A stretch of 64,000 nt of DNA from Patescibacteria group bacterium. Lineage in GTDB: Bacteria > Patescibacteriota > Minisyncoccia > Phycocordibacterales > XYD1-FULL-46-19. Positions 58,972 through 64,000 of this stretch are shown here, piece after piece (positions within the stretch are counted from its first letter, which is position 1; each line of letters begins with the position of its first letter). The notes below the pieces were generated by a model. It was not told where the DNA came from, did no database searches, and saw only the letters and a program-made list of their open reading frames with translations. The stretch spans positions 118,043 through 182,042 of the forward strand of contig JBMCHT010000001.1 in assembly GCA_048617235.1 (NCBI GenBank), written 5' to 3'. The position numbers and the translations under genes were made by a program.

Positions 58972-59832
58972 CTAATCTCTTTCACTTTCCAACCTATTCC
59001 CAAAAGTTCGCAACTCTCTTAAAGCCATCTGTCCTTCTTCATGATTTGGTGGTTTACCATGCCATTCAAATTTTCTTTCAAATTCCTCGACTCCTTTCCC
59101 GGGAACAGTGTGGGCAATAATAACCGTTGGCCGGTTAAAGACCGCTTTAGCTCGACCAAAAGCGTCATTTAAAACTTCAAAATTATGACCATCCGCTTCT
59201 ATAACATGCCAATTAAAAGAACGCCATTTATCAACTAAAGGCTCAAGAGGCATAATCTCTTCAGTAAAACCGTCTATTTGAATATTATTACGATCAACCA
59301 CCGCTATTAAATTATGTAAACCTTCTTTACCGGCCAACATTATGCCTTCCCAACTATTACCGGCATTTAACTCTCCATCAGACATCAAACAATAAAAAAA
59401 CTTACCGGAAGACAACCCATTATCTAATCTATCGGCCAAAGCCATGCCTATAGCTTGAGATAAACCCGAGCCCAGAGGACCGGAACTGGTTTCCAAACCC
59501 GGTAAATACTCACGATAGGGATGACCCTGCAAACGAGAGCCGAATTGCCTTAGAGTTTTTAATTCACTAATCGGAAAATAACCGGCACAAGCCATGGTAG
59601 CATATAGAACCGGACAAATATGTCCATTGGATAAAATTAGTCTATCCCGATCCGGCCACTCCGGCTCCTCCGGTCGATGACGCAAAATATGAAAATAGAG
59701 TAAAGTAAAAATATCCGCCATTCCCAAAGAACCGGCCGTATGACCGGAGCCGGCAGTCATTAACATTTCAATAACCAAACTCCGAATAGTATTAGCTTGA
59801 ATGGTTAAACTTTTTATTTTATCATCATTCAT
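58972..59832 (-). CDS. Transketolase N-terminal subunit
   Basis: LSNGH, LQGHP and SDGE..G..WE TPP motif. Confidence 0.93.
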   Translation of the reverse strand: MNDDKIKSLTIQANTIRSLVIEMLMTAGSGHTAGSLGMADIFTLLYFHILRHRPEEPEWPDRDRLILSNGHICPVLYATMACAGYFPISELKTLRQFGSRLQGHPYREYLPGLETSSGPLGSGLSQAIGMALADRLDNGLSSGKFFYCLMSDGELNAGNSWEGIMLAGKEGLHNLIAVVDRNNIQIDGFTEEIMPLEPLVDKWRSFNWHVIEADGHNFEVLNDAFGRAKAVFNRPTVIIAHTVPGKGVEEFERKFEWHGKPPNHEEGQMALRELRTFGNRLESERD

Positions 59833-59835
59833 AAT

Positions 59836-60468
59836 TTATAGAGATTGAAATTGTTGTAGAGTGTGAAGAGGATCTTCAGTTTGCCAAATAGCCGAACCGA
59901 CAGCCAATTGAGAAGCTCCGGCAGCCAAAACCAAACCGGCAGTTTCTTGATTTATTCCCCCATCTATCTGAATTATAGCATCGGGACATTCCTGTCGCAA
60001 AAACTTTATTCGCTCTAAAACTTTTTGATTAAATTTATGCCCTTGGTAACCAATCTTATCTATGGCCATTAATTGCACCAATCCTAATTCTTTAATTAAT
60101 GGCAATAATTCTTCCAAATCCGTTTGCATTTCAACCGAAACTCCGGCCTCTACGACAGTGGTTTCTTTAATCGCTCTCAAAGTCTCCATTGGTTGGCCTT
60201 TGGCCTCAATTTGAATCCAAATTCTATCAACCACCTCGATCCAATCTTCAATTATTTCTTCAGGATTATCTACCATAAAATGAGCTTCTAATTTTATTTG
60301 ACCAGTAATCGTTTTTAAATCCATCGCTGTTTGCCAAGTGCTCGGCGGAACAAATTTGCCATCCATAATATCCAATTGCGCCCATAAAACATGACCTTCC
60401 AATAAGTCTATTTTTTCTTTAACTTCTTTAAAATTTTGACCAATAATGGCCGGGATGATATTATTCAT
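59836..60468 (-). CDS. rpe: Ribulose-phosphate 3-epimerase
   Basis: DIMDGKFVP, EAHFMV and IDGGI motifs. Confidence 0.9.
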   Translation of the reverse strand: MNNIIPAIIGQNFKEVKEKIDLLEGHVLWAQLDIMDGKFVPPSTWQTAMDLKTITGQIKLEAHFMVDNPEEIIEDWIEVVDRIWIQIEAKGQPMETLRAIKETTVVEAGVSVEMQTDLEELLPLIKELGLVQLMAIDKIGYQGHKFNQKVLERIKFLRQECPDAIIQIDGGINQETAGLVLAAGASQLAVGSAIWQTEDPLHTLQQFQSL

Positions 60469-60471
60469 AAA

Positions 60472-60939
60472 TTAAAATTCCAACTCCTCTTGAGGATTAT
60501 CTATTTTAACTATTCGTCGAATATGTCTATCTTCTCCGGAAAAATCCGTATTCAACCATAAATCCACGGCTTCAATTATCTCTTCAGTAGCCAAAAATCT
60601 GGAACCCAAAGCTAAAACATTGGCATTGTTATGAGTTCGAGCTAAAGTTAATATTTCTTTACTGCCACCATAATAAACCGCCGCCCGCACCCCTTGATAA
60701 CGATTAGCTACCATCGCTTCCCCTTGACCGGAACCACCTAATAAAATTACCCTGGCTTGACCAGGTTCCTCTCCAGTCAACCTTAAAACAGCCATATGCA
60801 TAAAATCCGGATAATCATCTGCCGGTTCCAATGAAAAAGCTCCTTCATCGGATACTTTATAGCCCATTTGTTTCAAATGTCTTTTTAATATTTCTTTATG
60901 CTCAAAACCGGCATGATCAGCCGCTAAAAATATTTTCAT
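60472..60939 (-). CDS. rpiB: Ribose-5-phosphate isomerase B
   Basis: DHAGF, GGSGQGE and HNNANVL motifs. Confidence 0.92.
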   Translation of the reverse strand: MKIFLAADHAGFEHKEILKRHLKQMGYKVSDEGAFSLEPADDYPDFMHMAVLRLTGEEPGQARVILLGGSGQGEAMVANRYQGVRAAVYYGGSKEILTLARTHNNANVLALGSRFLATEEIIEAVDLWLNTDFSGEDRHIRRIVKIDNPQEELEF

Positions 60940-60956
60940 AAATATTAATTATAAAA

Positions 60957-61982
60957 TTAGGCTCTTCCGGCCGTAATAATATGCTCGACCAAAGCTCCGG
61001 TATAACCGGCTTCATTGTCATACCAAGATAAAATTTTAACCAAATCACCATCAACCACCCTGGTCATTTGTAAATCAACTATAGCCGCTTCATTTCGACC
61101 AATAATATCCGAAGACACTAAAGATTCATCCGTTACCGCCAACACTTTTTTCCATCTTTCTGTTTGAGATGCTTCGATTAAAATATTATTAACCTCTTCC
61201 GTAGTTGTCTCCCGTGTAGTCACCATAGTTAAATCGGCAATTGAACCAACTAAAACCGGCACCCGTAAAGCGATACCATCAAATTTATTTTCCAAATCTG
61301 TTAAAACCTCCGTTACTGCCTTGGCCGCTCCGGTACTACTGGGAACAATATTGGCCGCTCCGGCTCTACCCCGACGCCAATCTTTTTTATCCGGACCATC
61401 AACAATTCCCTGACTGACGGTATAACCATGAACAGTATTAAGCATAGCTTTTTTAATTCCAATACTTTCTTTTAAAATTTGGACTACCGGACTAACTGCA
61501 TTAGTGGTACAAGAAGCATTGGAAGATATTTGGCAAGTAGCCAAATCATGATTATTTACTCCCATTAAAACCGTAGCGGTTTCCACTCCGGGCACCGGTT
61601 CTCCTTTAGCTGGAGCGGTAATCACCACTCGTCTGGCTCCGGCCGTTAAATGATCTTTGGCTTTTTTATACTCAGTAAAAAAACCGGTGGCTTCAACCAC
61701 TATATCCACCTCTAAATCTCCCCACGGCAATTGACCCGGTTCCGGCTCAGAATAAAAAGGAATAACTTGATCATCAATAATAAATTTTTCATCTTTAACT
61801 TCAATCTTAAAATCTGCCAAACCGTAAGCGGAATCATAACGCAAAAGATAAGCCAAATTTTCTATATCTATCAAATCATTAAAAGCCACCAATTCAATTT
61901 CTTGAGGACGTTTTATAGCCTGGCGGACAAAAGCTCGTCCAATTCGTCCCAAACCGTTAACTGCTACTTTTATTTTTTTCAT
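60957..61982 (-). CDS. gap: Glyceraldehyde-3-phosphate dehydrogenase, type I
   Basis: NGLGRIGR, SNASCTTN and WYDNE motifs. Confidence 0.97.
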   Translation of the reverse strand: MKKIKVAVNGLGRIGRAFVRQAIKRPQEIELVAFNDLIDIENLAYLLRYDSAYGLADFKIEVKDEKFIIDDQVIPFYSEPEPGQLPWGDLEVDIVVEATGFFTEYKKAKDHLTAGARRVVITAPAKGEPVPGVETATVLMGVNNHDLATCQISSNASCTTNAVSPVVQILKESIGIKKAMLNTVHGYTVSQGIVDGPDKKDWRRGRAGAANIVPSSTGAAKAVTEVLTDLENKFDGIALRVPVLVGSIADLTMVTTRETTTEEVNNILIEASQTERWKKVLAVTDESLVSSDIIGRNEAAIVDLQMTRVVDGDLVKILSWYDNEAGYTGALVEHIITAGRA

Positions 61983-62052
61983 AGATTTTCAAATGTAAGT
62001 TAATAATAACTCCATTATAACAATTCATTAACTGACAGCCAAACTTTAAAAT

Positions 62053-63459
62053 CTATTTTATTTCTTTTCTGATTATTTCAGCCAAAATTTTAGGATTAGC
62101 CGCTCCGCCGGAAGCTTTCATACCTTGGCCTACCAAAAATTGTAAAACTTTTTCATTACCGGCTTTAAAATCCGAAACCACTTCCGGATTATCGATAATT
62201 ACTTTTTTAACAATAATCACCAATTCTTCTTCACCGCTTTGTTGAAATAAATTCTTTTCAGTAGCTACCGCTTTTGGAGATCCACCGTAGGACATAATAA
62301 CAGCTAAAACCTCCTTGGCTCCGCGCGAAGACAACTCACCGGATATAACCAAAGATAACAATTCAACTAAAGCCTCGGTTTCCGGCAATTTAGCTTCTTT
62401 AATCGTCTTTAAAATACCCACAACATCACTGGTGATATAATTGGCTATCAATTGAGCCTGGTTACTGTCACCTAAACCAACTAAAGTTGTTTCAAATAAA
62501 TCAGCCAAATTCTTAGAGGAAATTAAAATTTCAATATCTGATTCTTTTATATCAAACTCCGCCTGAAACCGTTGTCGTTTCTGAGCCGGACTCTCTGGAA
62601 TTGTCTTTTCTAAGTCCACTAATCCTGATCTACCTTTTAATTTAATTCGCGGTAAATCCGGATCAGGAAAATAACGATAATCATGAGACATTTCTTTTTT
62701 TCTTTGAGAAAAAGTTACTCCCTTATTTTCATCCCAACCTCTAGTCTCTTGTTCTATTTGCCCTCCTGCCTCCAAAACGCTTATTTGACGATCATATTCA
62801 TAAGCAATAGCCTTTTCTACCGCTTTAAAAGAATTTAAATTTTTAACTTCCACTTTCGTTCCCAATTTATCAGTCTGACTAACAGAGACATTGGCCTCCA
62901 CTCGCATCTGTCCCAATTCCATATTGGCATCGGAAATATTTAAATACTCCGGCCCTAAAACCAAACGCAATTCCCGAGCAAAAAAACCGGCTTGTTCAGC
63001 GGTTTCTATTACCGGCTCGGTTACCAATTCCAATAAAGGCAAACCCCCACGATTAAAATCCACCAAACTGATATTTTTCTTAGGGTGATGTTGATTCCGA
63101 GCTGTATCTTCTTCCAAATGAGCTCGAGTAACAGCCACTCCGGCTAATTCTCCACCGGCCACCAACGGTTCATCATACTGACTTATTTGATAGCCTTTGG
63201 GAATATCCGGATAAAAATAATTTTTTCGATCAAACTTTACCCAATCAGCCAAACGACCATTTAAAACCAAACCTAAACGCAAAATTGAAATTACCGCTTG
63301 AATGTTAGGAGTTGGTAAGGTTCCCGGGTGACCTAAACAAATAGGACAAATATTGGTATTAGGAGCAGCCGAGGTGTCATTTCGACAAGCACAAAACATT
63401 TTAGTCTTAGTATTAAGCTCAACATGAACCTCCAATCCGACTGTTAATTTATATGACAT
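62053..63459 (-). CDS. gatB: Asp/Glu-tRNA amidotransferase subunit B
   Basis: GLEVHVEL, RKNYFYPD and YRYFPDPDL motifs. Confidence 0.96.
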   Translation of the reverse strand: MSYKLTVGLEVHVELNTKTKMFCACRNDTSAAPNTNICPICLGHPGTLPTPNIQAVISILRLGLVLNGRLADWVKFDRKNYFYPDIPKGYQISQYDEPLVAGGELAGVAVTRAHLEEDTARNQHHPKKNISLVDFNRGGLPLLELVTEPVIETAEQAGFFARELRLVLGPEYLNISDANMELGQMRVEANVSVSQTDKLGTKVEVKNLNSFKAVEKAIAYEYDRQISVLEAGGQIEQETRGWDENKGVTFSQRKKEMSHDYRYFPDPDLPRIKLKGRSGLVDLEKTIPESPAQKRQRFQAEFDIKESDIEILISSKNLADLFETTLVGLGDSNQAQLIANYITSDVVGILKTIKEAKLPETEALVELLSLVISGELSSRGAKEVLAVIMSYGGSPKAVATEKNLFQQSGEEELVIIVKKVIIDNPEVVSDFKAGNEKVLQFLVGQGMKASGGAANPKILAEIIRKEIK

Positions 63460-63460
63460 C

Positions 63461-64000
63461 CTATTCAATATAACGGATTTCCGGTTCCAGTTCAAGACCA
63501 AAACGCTTTTTTACTCTTTGCCTTAACTCCTTATCTAAAGCCTTAACATCGGCAAAAGTACCTTGTCCTTTATTTATAATCAAATTACCGTGGTAATCAG
63601 CTACTTTAACTCCGCCAACGGTTAAACCTTTAGCTCCCACTTCTTCCAATACCCAACCGGCCGGTAATTTACCAACAATTATTTTATCTGCCGGTAACTG
63701 GAATTCTTTTGGTAAATCGGCTACCGGCCAATTTTTATAAAAACTACCCGGACACAATAAACCGGGAGGATATTTGGCTTCCCTTTTAACTATAATCTCT
63801 CGACTAATTTCTTGTAATTTATTTTTATCAACCGGAGTTAATTGAAATTCCGCCGCCAAAACCACTCCTTGATTTTTTTTAAACAAACTATGACGATAAG
63901 AAAAATTACACTCCTTTTTCTCCAATCTTAATAATTGATAACCATCAAAAAAGGTCACTGCTGTTAAATGATCACTAATAGATTGACCATAGGCTCCGGC
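63461..64000 (-). CDS. murB: UDP-N-acetylenolpyruvoylglucosamine reductase (5' partial)
   Basis: FSYRHS, GSFYKN, HGNLIIN and LEPEI motifs. Confidence 0.92.
   Translation of the reverse strand, partial: AGAYGQSISDHLTAVTFFDGYQLLRLEKKECNFSYRHSLFKKNQGVVLAAEFQLTPVDKNKLQEISREIIVKREAKYPPGLLCPGSFYKNWPVADLPKEFQLPADKIIVGKLPAGWVLEEVGAKGLTVGGVKVADYHGNLIINKGQGTFADVKALDKELRQRVKKRFGLELEPEIRYIE

Overview
AT-rich chromosomal segment of a small-genome bacterium. Reduced proteins (short PheS, EF-Ts and SMC), a split transketolase with rpiB-rpe-gap, and promoters sitting almost on the start codon point to Patescibacteria/CPR, probably Parcubacteria (inference). Most of the window is housekeeping: truB, pepF, tsaC, rpoD, dnaG, rpoBC, trmD, khpA, rpsP, rnr, smc, rnc, nusB-Nudix, rpmF, rnhB, dnaE, gyrB, pheST, tsf, rpsB, prfA, rpmE, rplY, pentose-phosphate/glycolysis genes, gatB and murB. 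The most notable items are: (1) a ~200-nt multi-branched structured RNA with its own sigma70 promoter and terminator at 4190-4433; (2) a complete ribosome-mediated attenuator (Ile-rich leader peptide, antiterminator, terminator) upstream of an orphan 57-aa ORF at 26925-27360; (3) tRNA-Asn(GUU) split inside its anticodon by a 242-nt group I intron; (4) a circularly permuted nine-gene V/A-type ATPase operon with a Na+-type K subunit; (5) a 181-bp structured tandem repeat regenerating the tRNA-Thr 3' end next to a Fic gene; (6) a NYN pseudogene with TGA at a conserved Gly; and (7) strong CCGG enrichment in core genes. All calls are by eye; no searches or folding programs were run.
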